64,000 nucleotides of DNA from Monocercomonoides exilis PA203. Taxonomy: Eukaryota > Protista > Preaxostyla. The number at the start of each line of letters is the position of its first letter. Positions within the stretch are counted from its first letter, which is position 1. Position numbers and translations under genes: made by a program. This document shows positions 1-11,000 of the stretch, piece after piece. Location of the stretch: positions 124,001-188,000 of the forward strand of contig LSRY02000056.1 in the NCBI GenBank assembly GCA_001643675.2, written 5' to 3'. Below the pieces are notes generated by a model, which worked only from the letters and a program-made list of their open reading frames with translations, made no database searches and had not been told where the DNA came from.

Positions 1-1264
1 AAAAGAAATATTCTGTATTCGGTAAAATTTGTACATTTATAAAAGAAGAAACTGCATGGGATTGGTTTTTTCATCACATTCTGGAAGATAAAAGTCCAGA
101 TTGCAGAATTCATAAGAAAAAGAAGGTTTTAGTGAAAGAAGGAGCAAATTATAGGTATTGGACATGTAGAAAATGTGCAACAAAAAAATCAGTGTACAAA
201 GGAACTAATTTGGAGAATTCAAAGTGTGGAATTAATAAGTTTTTACTCATCATCTTGTTTCTTTGGCTTGGGATTTCTCAATCAAACATTCAAAAAATGC
301 TTGATTTGCATGATTCAGTTGTTGGCTATTGGAGCTGTGTGTTAAGATGTGCTTGTATGGATTTTATCAACAACAATCCAATCAAACTGGGAGGTGAGGG
401 GGTTATTGTAGAGATTGATGAGTGCGTATGGAGACGAAGAAAATATAAAAGGGGGAGAAAGAAAAAAGCAAATTTGGATTTTCGGTGCGATAGAAAGGAC
501 AGAAAATAAAAAAGAAATCAAGAAGAAATTCATCAATATAGTTCCTGACAGATCTGCAAAAACTCTTCTTCCGATAATCAGACAGCACATTTTGCCAGGC
601 ACAACTATCATGAGTGATGAATGGAAAGCCTATTCATCACTGGAAGCATTCGGATACATTCATAAAACAGTCTGTCATAAGAGAAATTTTGTTGATCCTC
701 TGAGCGGAGCTTGTACAAACACGATAGAGGGTATGTGGTCGCATTTGCGGGGGTTTTTCCCAAAACATGGTGTTAGAGAACGGTTTTTGGGGGATTATCT
801 AGCATTTTGGATGGTGAAAAATACAAAACAACTCGCTTTTCAAGATGTTGTACACATGATCGTTTACAGAAAGGAAGAGGAAATCGAAGAACAAATTTTG
901 GAAGAACAGGATAAAGAAGAAGACGACGAATTAACAGATGAAAATATTCCAGATATTGATGATTTTGATTCTTCAGAATCTTCCAATGAGAAAAAAGATG
1001 AATCAACAGACAGCTTGGGATTATCTGATGGTGCTGATGCATCGGAATGGGTGGATGAATAATAACAATTGATAATTTTTCTATTTTTCGATTTTTTTCA
1101 TTGACCCACAATCATTTTTTTTTTGAAAAAAGAAAAATTAAAAACTCGATTTTGACAAACTTCCGCGCTTTTTTAATATCCAAAACATTAATATATATGA
1201 ATAATAAACATTTCTATTTGCATTAAAATCAATTTCTCAATGTCCGATATAACGCGAATTTGCC
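1..1264 (+). mobile_element. Merlin (IS1595/ISXO2-like) DNA transposon, copy 1; 5' end outside window, transposase frameshifted
   Basis: Near-identical to the reverse complement of 2939-4201. Ends in TIR TGTCCGATATAACGCGAATTTGCC (1241-1264). An A6 run at 462-467 (A5 in copy 2) splits the transposase into ORFs 132-509 and 415-1062. Confidence 0.93.
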
Positions 1265-2003
1265 GAGTTTTGTTCGTTTATAGAAGGATAAAAATGATAA
1301 GTCGATAATGAATGTTCTTTCTGATGAAATCGAAATTGATAATGTGTAGTGAAAGGATTTTGAGTAATTTAACTTTGTTTTTTGAGCGTTAAATAATCAA
1401 TAGTGAATCGTTATTGAAGGCATTTGATGTATCAGCATTTTATCCAGTTATTCATCTGACAGTTCATTTTTAACCTTCAAATATGTTAGCAAAAATTAAT
1501 TTGGAACCTTCCGGAATAAATATTTCACTCAAAAGCTTTCTGTGCTTTGTGCACAATAAAAGTTGAATTTTTATCATTATTGAAGAAAAGGAAATTCTCG
1601 AACAAACTGTTTTTGATTAACGATTTTTCATCATAATTTTATGATCCGCAACGACTCCTCACAGCTTTCATGTGTCAATTTTCCAAATAGAAACATCTCT
1701 TTCGATTGTTAAAAAAACAAACTTCCTGTTAGGTGCGAAAATAAATGAGATATTTCAAACAAAAATGAATTGCAATTCTGTTAATGCCAAGTCAGTATTC
1801 CATTTCACTATGTTTATTTTGTTGAACAAAACGAAAATTTGTAATGTCATGTTGTTTTTACAATTAATATTTGTTTTTTCTAAAAAAAGGACTGGTATAG
1901 TGAAAATAAGAAATGTTATGGTTGATATCATTAATAAAAGAAAATCTTTGCAATTAAGAAACAAAACATTGCACCTTTTCATTTTGGTTCTTTTTCCAAT
2001 TGA

Positions 2004-2303
2004 ATGACCTCTCTGACTTCGTGTGACATCAGTGACTGAGTGACGTCAGTGACTTATCAAAATTCCGAAAATACTGATCACGTCACAAAAAAATGAGTAA
2101 TGGAAATTTATCTTTCATAAATATTTTTCTTTTTTTCATGATTGGTTTTGGAATATAAAATAAATTTATATTTTGAAATTATTTCACCAATAAGTTACAA
2201 AATTTCAAATTTTAAAGGATCTTTTTTCTGACGTGAAATATTTTGTCACGTCCGTCAAAAATCAAAAACATTACGTCAAAAGTCAGTACGTCACTCAGGT
2301 TCA
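2004..2303. repeat. Small MITE-like element rich in TGACGT subterminal repeats
   Basis: CTGAGTGACGT (2036-2046) is inverted at ACGTCACTCAG (2288-2298). The same terminus ACGTCACTCAGGT recurs at 6577-6589. Confidence 0.55.
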
Positions 2304-2436
2304 TATTAAACATCAACACCCTAAGTCGAAACAAGAACAACTTTAGGAAAAAATAAAAAATAATTTGTTTTCTTGTTATTCTCGAACTTTATTGATTTTG
2401 TTTCAATTTTCGAAAATTATTATCATTCTTTAAAAA

Positions 2437-2632
2437 TATGGGACAAAATATTTGACTTCAGGCATTTTCAGTGTTAACTTATGCACTTTTCATTTTTTTT
2501 TTTTTGAGAACAAAAAATTTGAAATAAATGGGCTTATTTTTAGAAAAACATGTGAGGTCACAAAACATTTTGTTATTTCATCAATGATATTTGTTTGCAG
2601 ATATGAAAATCAAATTTATTTTGAAATCTGAT
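2437..2632. repeat. Dispersed repeat, diverged inverted copy of ~38455-38650
   Basis: TGTTTGCAGATATGAAAATCAAATTTATTTTGAAATCTGA matches the reverse complement of ~38457-38496 with 2 mismatches; similarity extends to the CTTCAGGCATTTTCA segment. Confidence 0.75.
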
Positions 2633-2938
2633 AACGTTTAATTATGAAATAAGTGAAACAATTATTTCTTGTTTTGTGCATAAAAAGCTTGAAAGTTCAT
2701 GTTTTCCCCTTATATATATATATAATATTATATATTTTTTGTTGGGAAACATTTTTCATTAAAACTTGTTTGTAGAGAAATTCTCATATGGGTGATTTTT
2801 TTTGATATCATAAAAAATTCCGACGTTTGATCAAAAATTTATTTCATTAAGGGTTGGTTAAAAAAGATAAATGAAAGTGATGATCATTCAAAAATATTGC
2901 TTTGTATATAGTTGTTGTTATTTATTAATTAATTTTAA

Positions 2939-4416
2939 GGCAAATTCGCGTTATATCGGACATTGAGAAATTGATTTTAATGCAAATAGAAATGTTTATT
3001 ATTCATATATATTAATGTTTTGGATATTAAAAAAGCGCGGAAGTTTGTCAAAATCGAGTTTTTAATTTTTCTTTTTTCAAAAAAAAAATGATTGTGGGTC
3101 AATGAAAAAAATCGAAAAATAGAAAAATTATCAATTGTTATTATTCATCCACCCATTCCGATGCATCAGCACCATCAGATAATCCCAAGCTGTCTGTTGA
3201 TTCATCTTTTTTCTCATTGGAAGATTCTGAAGAATCAAAATCATCAATATCTGGAATATTTTCATCTGTTAATTCGTCGTCTTCTTCTTTATCCTGTTCT
3301 TCCAAAATTTGTTCTTCGATTTCCTCTTCCTTTCTGTAAACGATCATGTGTACAACATCTTGAAAAGCGAGTTGTTTTGTATTTTTCACCATCCAAAATG
3401 CTAGATAATCCCCCAAAAACCGTTCTCTAACACCATGTTTTGGGAAAAACCCCCGCAAATGCGACCACATACCCTCTATCGTGTTTGTACAAGCTCCGCT
3501 CAGAGGATCAACAAAATTTCTCTTATGACAGACTGTTTTATGAATGTATCCGAATGCTTCCAGTGATGAATAGGCTTTCCATTCATCACTCATGATAGTT
3601 GTGCCTGGCAAAATGTGCTGTCTGATTATCGGAAGAAGAGTTTTTGCATATCTGTCAGGAACTATATTGATGAATTTCTTCTTGATTTCTTTTTTATTTT
3701 CTGTCCTTTCTATCGCACCGAAAATCCAAATTTGCTTTTTCTTTCTCCCCCTTTTATATTTTCTTCGTCTCCATACGCACTCATCAATCTCTACAATAAC
3801 CCCCTCACCTCCCAGTTTGATTGGATTGTTGTTGATAAAATCCATACAAGCACATCTTAACACACAGCTCCAATAGCCAACAACTGAATCATGCAAATCA
3901 AGCATTTTTTGAATGTTTGATTGAGAAATCCCAAGCCAAAGAAACAAGATGATGAGTAAAAACTTATTAATTCCACACTTTGAATTCTCCAAATTAGTTC
4001 CTTTGTACACTGATTTTTTTGTTGCACATTTTCTACATGTCCAATACCTATAATTTGCTCCTTCTTTCACTAAAACCTTCTTTTTCTTATGAATTCTGCA
4101 ATCTGGACTTTTATCTTCCAGAATGTGATGAAAAAACCAATCCCATGCAGTTTCTTCTTTTATAAATGTACAAATTTTACCGAATACAGAATATTTCTTT
4201 TCCCTTGGATATGCCATTTTTGATCATTGTTTGTTTTTCAATAACCCTAAATAGGAACATACCCATAAATTGTGATATTTTCGAAACATTTTTTTATTTT
4301 TGACAAAACGTTTTCCGCGCTTTAAAACTATTTTTAAAATGAATTAGATACATATTTAAGTAAATCAGACACAAAAAAACTGAAATTTTCGTTGTCCGAT
4401 ATAACGCGATTATGCC
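2939..4416 (-). mobile_element. Merlin DNA transposon, complete copy 2 (1478 bp)
   Basis: 24-bp TIRs GGCAAATTCGCGTTATATCGGACA (2939-2962) and the reverse complement of GGCATAATCGCGTTATATCGGACA (4393-4416), 2 mismatches, GG..CC termini. Contains an intact transposase ORF. Confidence 0.95.
3141..4217 (-). CDS. Merlin/ISXO2-like DDE transposase (DDE_Tnp_IS1595), 358 aa, intronless
   Basis: Motifs GGEGVIVEIDE (D), PGTTIMSDEWKAY (D), H.TV.H..NFVDP.SGACTNTIEGMW (E); N-terminal CRIH..CRKC Zn-ribbon-like motif; acidic tail. Confidence 0.95.
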   Translation of the reverse strand: MAYPREKKYSVFGKICTFIKEETAWDWFFHHILEDKSPDCRIHKKKKVLVKEGANYRYWTCRKCATKKSVYKGTNLENSKCGINKFLLIILFLWLGISQSNIQKMLDLHDSVVGYWSCVLRCACMDFINNNPIKLGGEGVIVEIDECVWRRRKYKRGRKKKQIWIFGAIERTENKKEIKKKFINIVPDRYAKTLLPIIRQHILPGTTIMSDEWKAYSSLEAFGYIHKTVCHKRNFVDPLSGACTNTIEGMWSHLRGFFPKHGVRERFLGDYLAFWMVKNTKQLAFQDVVHMIVYRKEEEIEEQILEEQDKEEDDELTDENIPDIDDFDSSESSNEKKDESTDSLGLSDGADASEWVDE

Positions 4417-4559
4417 CAAATATTTCCCAACAGTGAAAGCAAAGCAATAATGAAAATGAACAAAAATGTGGGCATAACTTTTGATGTGAATATTTTGGTA
4501 TGAATAGGAACAATTGATAATCAGAATCTTTCAGGCGAGATTGAAGAGGCGGACGCAAC

Positions 4560-6130
4560 AAAAAAGCAACTCAGGAATCAAATCTAACTTGAATCTTCCT
4601 TTCTCATTATTGTGAACATTCAAAGGTTCTTCTTTTTCCTTTTTAATTCGTTTTATAAAAAATAATAAAATAATATATAAAAACATTAGACCAGCTGTTT
4701 TCAATTTATCGAAATGAAGAAATAAATGGAAAAAATGAAAAATTTGAGTCACAATAAATGAGTTTTCAATATTTAAGCATTTTCAAGAAAATAAGAAATA
4801 TCGAACGATAATTTATCATTATCATTTTCTTCGTTAAGAAAAACAAATATTCCACGAAAACACACAATGAAATCTTCGTCTTTCTTCCACCATCTTTTCA
4901 TGTACTTTCCTTTTCGACTCTTCATTTCATTTTTTCCTCTTCGTAAATTTCATTTTCTTTAAATGGCTTCAAAGCTTTCATTAAAAATATCAAGAATGCA
5001 ATTGCAATTTTGCCATCCAATGTTGGACTCTGTATCTCCTCCAAAATGTTATCAATTACACTTCATTTCAATAAGTAATCAAATTTCACGTTTTGTTTAT
5101 CTGATTCATTTTTGAAGAAAAAAAGGCAACTAACGTGAATTTCACTGTGATTATTTTTCACTGCTTGATATGCCTGAACAATTCTGCCAATTAGCCCAGC
5201 ATATTCTTCATTCCACAATTTGAATTTGTAAAAACAATGATTCAATGGTGTGATCCATCTCTTCAAAACAATCTCTTCTTTCGTTTCTTTTTCTTTTTCT
5301 TCTTTTCTCTTCCAATCAACACATTTCATTAGATTTTCCAGTTCACTTTTTGCCTCTCTCAAAAAATGAAGTTCAATCACAAACTCTTTCTTAAAGCTTT
5401 TGTCAAAGTCCAATCTGAAGGTCAAATAAAGCCAAATTGATTGATAAGCAAGATGAGTCAGATTATGATGTTTCTGATGATTTAGCACAATTTCTTTGAT
5501 TTCATTCAAACACTGTTTTTGTTCGAAAAACAAATAAAAATATATGTGGAAAAAAAAACATATGTACAAAAAAGAAAACAAAAATGTTCAAACGTCAAGT
5601 ACGCCAAGGTTGGAAAGTGGTGAGAAAGCTATTTCCACTTCTTTCTGAGCTTCTTCACTTATCATTTTGTTCAATGCAGCATTCAGATAAAAAAGAACGC
5701 AAATTGGTATTAATTAATCAGGAATTTTTTATCATTCAGCAAAAGATATCATTCGCAGAGACCAATCAGACTCTTTTCGTTTCATTTCTTTTTCTTTCTT
5801 CTCATTTTCATCAATGACTATCTTCTCGAATCTTTCATTCAATGAAGATGCCATCAATTCAAATGTGCTTATTTTATTCAACACATTGAAATATCCAATT
5901 TGCTTCAACAACAAATTTGCATTTTCAATTGACAATTTCTTTTCTACTATTATTTTGTCCGTTTTGTTGAACAATAGAACTATGAAAATGGATTTGAATT
6001 CGTTTTAATCCATCTTATCCATCAGTACTGTTATTTCTTTAACTTTCAATTTCTGCTCCTCCTCATCGTAGAGTTAAAATTCGGAATATATTTCTTCAAA
6101 AACAAAAAAAATGAATTAAATTTGTTCTGG
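4560..6130 (-). pseudogene. Decayed member of a lineage-expanded helical hypothetical protein family
   Basis: Collinear ORF fragments (5732-5974 IIVEKKLSIENANLLLKQIGY; 5063-5581 EIKEIVLNHQKHHNLTHLAYQSIW) interrupted by stops and frameshifts. Resembles, from memory, a very large Monocercomonoides family. Boundaries approximate. Confidence 0.6.
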
Positions 6131-6467
6131 AATGTTTGCACACCTTTAAAATTTTCAATTTGCAGTCTTTGCCTGAATATTCGAAGAAATGTTACATTTC
6201 GAAAATTTCACATTTTGCCTTTAATATCGAATTCACCAATGTATCGATGGAAGAAATATTCGTAAAAAACACTCAAATCATTCGCGAAAAGAACATTGGT
6301 CATACACATATTAAAAAAATGAACATGAATAACATGACATTTCAAAGTATAATCCAGTTTCATATAACATGTGATGCAGCTATGGGATTTCATGATCATT
6401 TCATAATCTTTGTGAACCAAATAAAAACATGCATAAATTCTGTTATTTATTTTTTATATATCACTTC

Positions 6468-6486
6468 AAAAAAATGAGTCCTATCA

Positions 6487-6527
<41 letters not shown>

Positions 6528-6590
6528 ACTGACGTGAACTTAATTCACTGACGGACGTGACAACAAAACTTATTGCACGTCACTCAGGTT
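6468..6590. repeat. One end of the TGACGT-rich repeat family, with an A38 tract
   Basis: A38 at 6488-6525. TGACGGACGTGACAA (6549-6563) is the exact reverse complement of 2243-2257. Terminus ACGTCACTCAGGT is shared with 2288-2300. Confidence 0.55.
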
Positions 6591-6911
6591 TAGTTTAATA
6601 TGTATTTTGTTATCATTCGTGAAAATGAAATTGAATTTTTTTTCTTTTGTCAGAAAAAATCTTTATCAAAACACAAGAGTAAAATCTGTGCAATTTCTGT
6701 AACATATGTGACAATTGTCAAAATTTTTTTTATTAATCAGTTTAAGTATTATTTTCAAGTTTGAATATCAAAATAAGATCATTTTGACCAACAACTTCAA
6801 TACTTCACAATGATTTGCCAAAGTTTCATCTGGAGCAAAAAACGTTAGAAATACAATTATATCACAACAAAAAATAATTAATTCGTCTCGAATATTTTTT
6901 TCCAAATACAG

Positions 6912-7267
6912 TTTGTGCAAAAAAAATCCGGACAAGATCGATATCTCAAAAACAACAAAAGAAATAATTCTGTAGATTTTCCTCAAAATATATCTCACAA
7001 ATTCAAACTCATTTGATATGAAAAACTTTCAACATGGCTTCATTTGTGCTCAGAGAAAATATATATCGAAAAATCGGAGAAACTCAAAATCCTATTTCTC
7101 CGAGATAATAATAATTAAAATTTTCTGAGCATTAACGATGAAGTTTTGAAAGTTTTTCATCTCAAATGAGTTTGTATTGGTAAGATATATTATGAGGAAA
7201 ATCTACAGAATTATTCCTCTTGTGGTTATTGTGAAATCAATCTTATCCGGTATTTTTTGTACAAACA
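6912..7267. mobile_element. Foldback (imperfect palindrome) MITE family A, copy 1
   Basis: Arms of ~170 bp (e.g. AATTCTGTAGATTTTCCTCA vs TGAGGAAAATCTACAGAATT) around the core TCGGAGAAACTCAAAATCCTATTTCTCCGA; second copy at ~36483-36850. Confidence 0.75.
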
Positions 7268-7579
7268 ATTCAATTTAAAATTGATTTGTATCTCACAAAG
7301 AAAAATAAAAAAATAAAATAATAATTTTGTTTTATTATCACATGTATTTCAATTGCTATTTAGAGTGATGATGATTCAATATTTCAATTTGCAACATTCT
7401 TTCGAATAAAATAACAACAACAAAAATAACTTCAAAATAAAATATTGAAAAGAAAATATCGATTTTTGCACAAAAGCGAAAAAAATATAATGTTTTGTAT
7501 TTTTAAAAGGATTTTGAAAACCAAAAAACAAAAATCAATGTTTATTAAGCATTAACTGTAAAATTGTCTTTTCAACAAG

Positions 7580-7652
7580 CTCGATGTAGTCTAGTCGGTT
7601 AGGATATAAGACTCTCACTCTTGTGACCCGGGTTCGATTCCCGGCATCGAGG
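7580..7652 (+). tRNA. tRNA-Glu (anticodon CTC)
   Basis: Acceptor stem CTCGATG/CATCGAG, D arm TAGTCTAGTCGGTTAGGATA, anticodon stem TAAGA/TCTTG with loop CT-CTC-AC, T arm CCGGG-TTCGATT-CCCGG; followed by a T7 Pol III terminator. Confidence 0.96.
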
Positions 7653-8094
7653 AATTTTTTTGCTCAGAACAAGATTTGAACAGATATAACTTTATTTCGC
7701 ATTTTTAATAATTGGAAACATTGAAAAATTACGAATAAGAAAAATTTTGTCTTTAACAAACCACGTGCAGTTTCGTTATTTTTGTAAATTGTAAATTGTG
7801 ATTCATTTAAAAAATTTGTAAATCAGTTGTAAAATTTTTTAACATTTCAACTTTGTTATGCACCATTATTTATTGAAGTTACAAACTTCAATTATGGAGC
7901 AATTCAAACGCTTTCATCTGCAAAGGCTTTGGGAAAATGGGAATTCGGTAGTTGGGTTAATTGGATCAAGGATATCAAAATTGGATATTGGCTCTATCTA
8001 AGGGTCATTCATCAATCACATAAACTTTATAAATGTGCATTCTAAAACGGATCAAATTTCCAGAAAAAGCATGTTGAATAATCGTAGTTATTGC

Positions 8095-11000
8095 TCATTT
8101 TTCGGATGAAATTTCAACATTTTCGTTCATTTGAGGAGTCTCATTCCCAATTTGAAGCAATCTGTTGTGAAGAAGATACCTTCTTAGGGAATTTTCATAG
8201 CTCAAAGCTCTTGAATGAGTTGGAAATCTTATCTAAAAATGTTACAAAAATGGTTTCATAAAAAAGTCACCAAAAAACAAAAAACAAAAAAAAAAAAAAG
8301 CAAATTAAGTCAAATACAACATATAAAACTTATTAAGAATGGAAATATTACGCACCTCAAGTGAAGATATATCTGATCTTTCTTTTAGCTTTCCATGTTG
8401 TCCTGTTAAAGATAGTTGAATTACACTCGAACATTTTTGGGATGAACAGACATCACAAATCAAGGAAAGTGGAATTGATAATACCTAAAAGCATGCAAAG
8501 ATTTATAAGTTGAATATATTCACATTATTTGAATAAAATAACTAATATTAAAGAAATGCACATGCTTAAGCGAAAACAAACTGGTTTTACTTCATTGCGT
8601 TCTGTAAAGCAAAGTATTGGTTCTTCAACATCAAAATTTAAATTCATCAGCAAAGTCTTATTTTCATTGTTTGGCGCATTTAAAGAATCATCACAAATCA
8701 TTCCCATTTTAGCTTCACCTTTTTCTTCGACTGGTGCTGTTGAGGAGTTATGTTCAAATGAATTCGATGAAGAGATGATATTTCCTTCCATTTCTTTTAA
8801 TCTTAAATCTGAATCTGATTTTTCAGATGTGGATTGGGATTCAAAACTGTATTTCTTTTCGGAGTGTGCTGAATCTGCCAATGAATATATTATGCGCATA
8901 TTTACAGGCTGTGAGGATGTTAGCAATGAAACAGAATTCTCTGGAAGTTGAGAAAATACAGTTGAAGAAGCTAAAAGTGTGTTGTTTGCATCGCTTTGTT
9001 TGAGATCATTTTTAACGGAAAGAGAAGAATACATTGACAGAGGCAGCACATTATTTGATTGCATGTTTGATTTTATGTCGATTTTTGGAAGAGAATTCGT
9101 TCTTTCCTTTCTCTTCGCAAAAAGTCTGTCCACTTTCTCTTCCATCCTTTTGATGCAAGCGCTTTTATCAACTTGCAAAGGTCGCTGGTTAGCATGAGAT
9201 GACTCAGAAACGGGAGCAGAAATCTCTTCTGCTTCAATTTCATCAAAATGATCATCATTCGATACACTGTTTGATTTTTCTATTTCTCCTTGCAGAGATT
9301 TCAAATTGTTATCATCTTCCAAAGAAGAATGAAGAACTTCATCAGAATCAAGTGACCCTGAGCCTTCAAGCTGTGGCGTAGCATCTTGAATGAACGAAGA
9401 TTGCGTTTGTTTCAATTCAACAGCTGAAAATGGATCTGCCTCAGAATCGCTAGAATGAATACTCGAATTGAGATTTTGTGTTGTTGCTAGCTGCGTTGGT
9501 GTGAAAACGTGCTCATCTCTCCATTCGCTTATGTTGTCTTCATCCTTATTTTCTTTCTTAGATCCAATTTCTTCGATCGTAAATGCCAACATTTCATCCT
9601 CAGAGGAGGTTTCTTTCTCATCTTCGCGATCTTCTCGAAAAGAGTCTCTTTGCTCTTCAAAAGAATCCATTTCAACTTTTTCTAAATTTTCTTTCGAATT
9701 GCTATGTTCTTTGCACATCTGCAGTTCATTTTCTTCCTCTTTTTTATGTTCCAATTTCTCTTCTTCAATCATAAATATGTCTTCTTCCGATTTTGAACTT
9801 GCTTTTGTTGTAGTTGATTGAGTTGTGTTATTCACATCTTCTTCTTTCTCCAAATCCAAATCTTGTTTTGTTTCCTCTACTTTTTGTTCGGATTCTTCCT
9901 TCTTTCCTTCTACTTGCTCGTCATTTGATGCTTCAGTGTGCTTTTCAGATTTTGATTTCATTGACATGTTCTCTGGTGCATCTTGTCTCTTTTCAGGAGC
10001 ACGTTTTGCCAAAGCCAACTTTTCTGTTTTGCTTTTTGTTGCAAGTGGACGATTGCTCTGAAATTTGGGTTGAGGTCTTTTTGCAGAAATCGGAGATTTG
10101 CTTCGTATCATTCCTCTTTCCTTCGCAGGAGTTGCCTTTATCAGAGGCGATTTCGGCCTCTCATTGGCCGTCTCTTGTTTCACTTCCTTTTGTGTTTCTT
10201 TTTCCTGCTTCTGGCTTGACAAAGGCGCTGCCTGAGTCAATTGCTTTTCTGCATCCTTTTTGTTGGCATCCTCTTTTGTTGGTGTTTTCTTTTCTGACGA
10301 GTTTGCCAGACGACGAATCGGTGTTCTGAATTTCGGCTTCATAGATAATGAAGAGAATGGCCTTACTGATATTTCCTTTTCATCTGTTTTTGTGTGATTA
10401 GCAGAAGATTGCACAGAAAAGGGACGCTGTTTCGATTGACTTGTAGGGGTTCTTTCTGCTTTGGAGTTGCTTTGCTCGTTCTGCTTTGTCAATTCAGTTG
10501 CCGGTTCTTGCTGCAAAGAAGAATCTTTGCTTTTTGGTGTCTGAGGCAAAGCGTGCTCTTTCAATTTGCTCACTATTTTCCGCTTAATTGTGGGTATAAC
10601 TTTTGGCCTTGCTGAAGGTGTTGCGGGAGGCTGGCTATTTAATTTTGATGTTTTCTCTGTGTCTTTTCTTTCTTCCACTTGTTCTTTTTTTTCAACAACC
10701 TCATTTCTTGTAAGATTTTGTCCATCCTTCTGCATTTCCATTTTCTTTGGCTTCTCTTCTTTTATTGATTCTAATGGCTTTTTGTCATCACTCTTTTGCT
10801 TTGGCTTTACTGTTCTTGTTGGAATTCTTCTGTTCAAAGGAGTCTTTTTGTCTTTTTGTGGTGTTTGAATGGGATGATCGCTTATTGCACTTTGTGTTGT
10901 AGACGCTTCACTTCCAGTTTCTTTTGGTTGTTCAGAAAGAGATTGAGAAGGAGAACTTTGTTTCTTGTTTGCCAAAACAGATGAGCGGAGTATTGAAGCA

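Noticed and set aside
455-470. Programmed ribosomal frameshift in Merlin copy 1 (A-rich run, as in bacterial IS)
   Set aside because: Copy 2 encodes the same protein in one frame; a homopolymer indel or sequencing error is simpler.
773-1111. 112-aa antisense ORF present in both Merlin copies (also 3092-3430)
   Set aside because: Identity is explained by the duplication; non-ATG start and no domain.
1265-2000. Possible cargo gene between the Merlin copies
   Set aside because: Only short AT-rich ORFs with no recognisable product.
6488-6525. A38 tract as a retroposon poly(A) tail
   Set aside because: No TSD or upstream element body found; it sits inside a TIR-like repeat end.
7861-7895. CACCATTATTTATT resembling the terminus at 37402
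   Set aside because: Match is too short and AT-rich, with no partner end.
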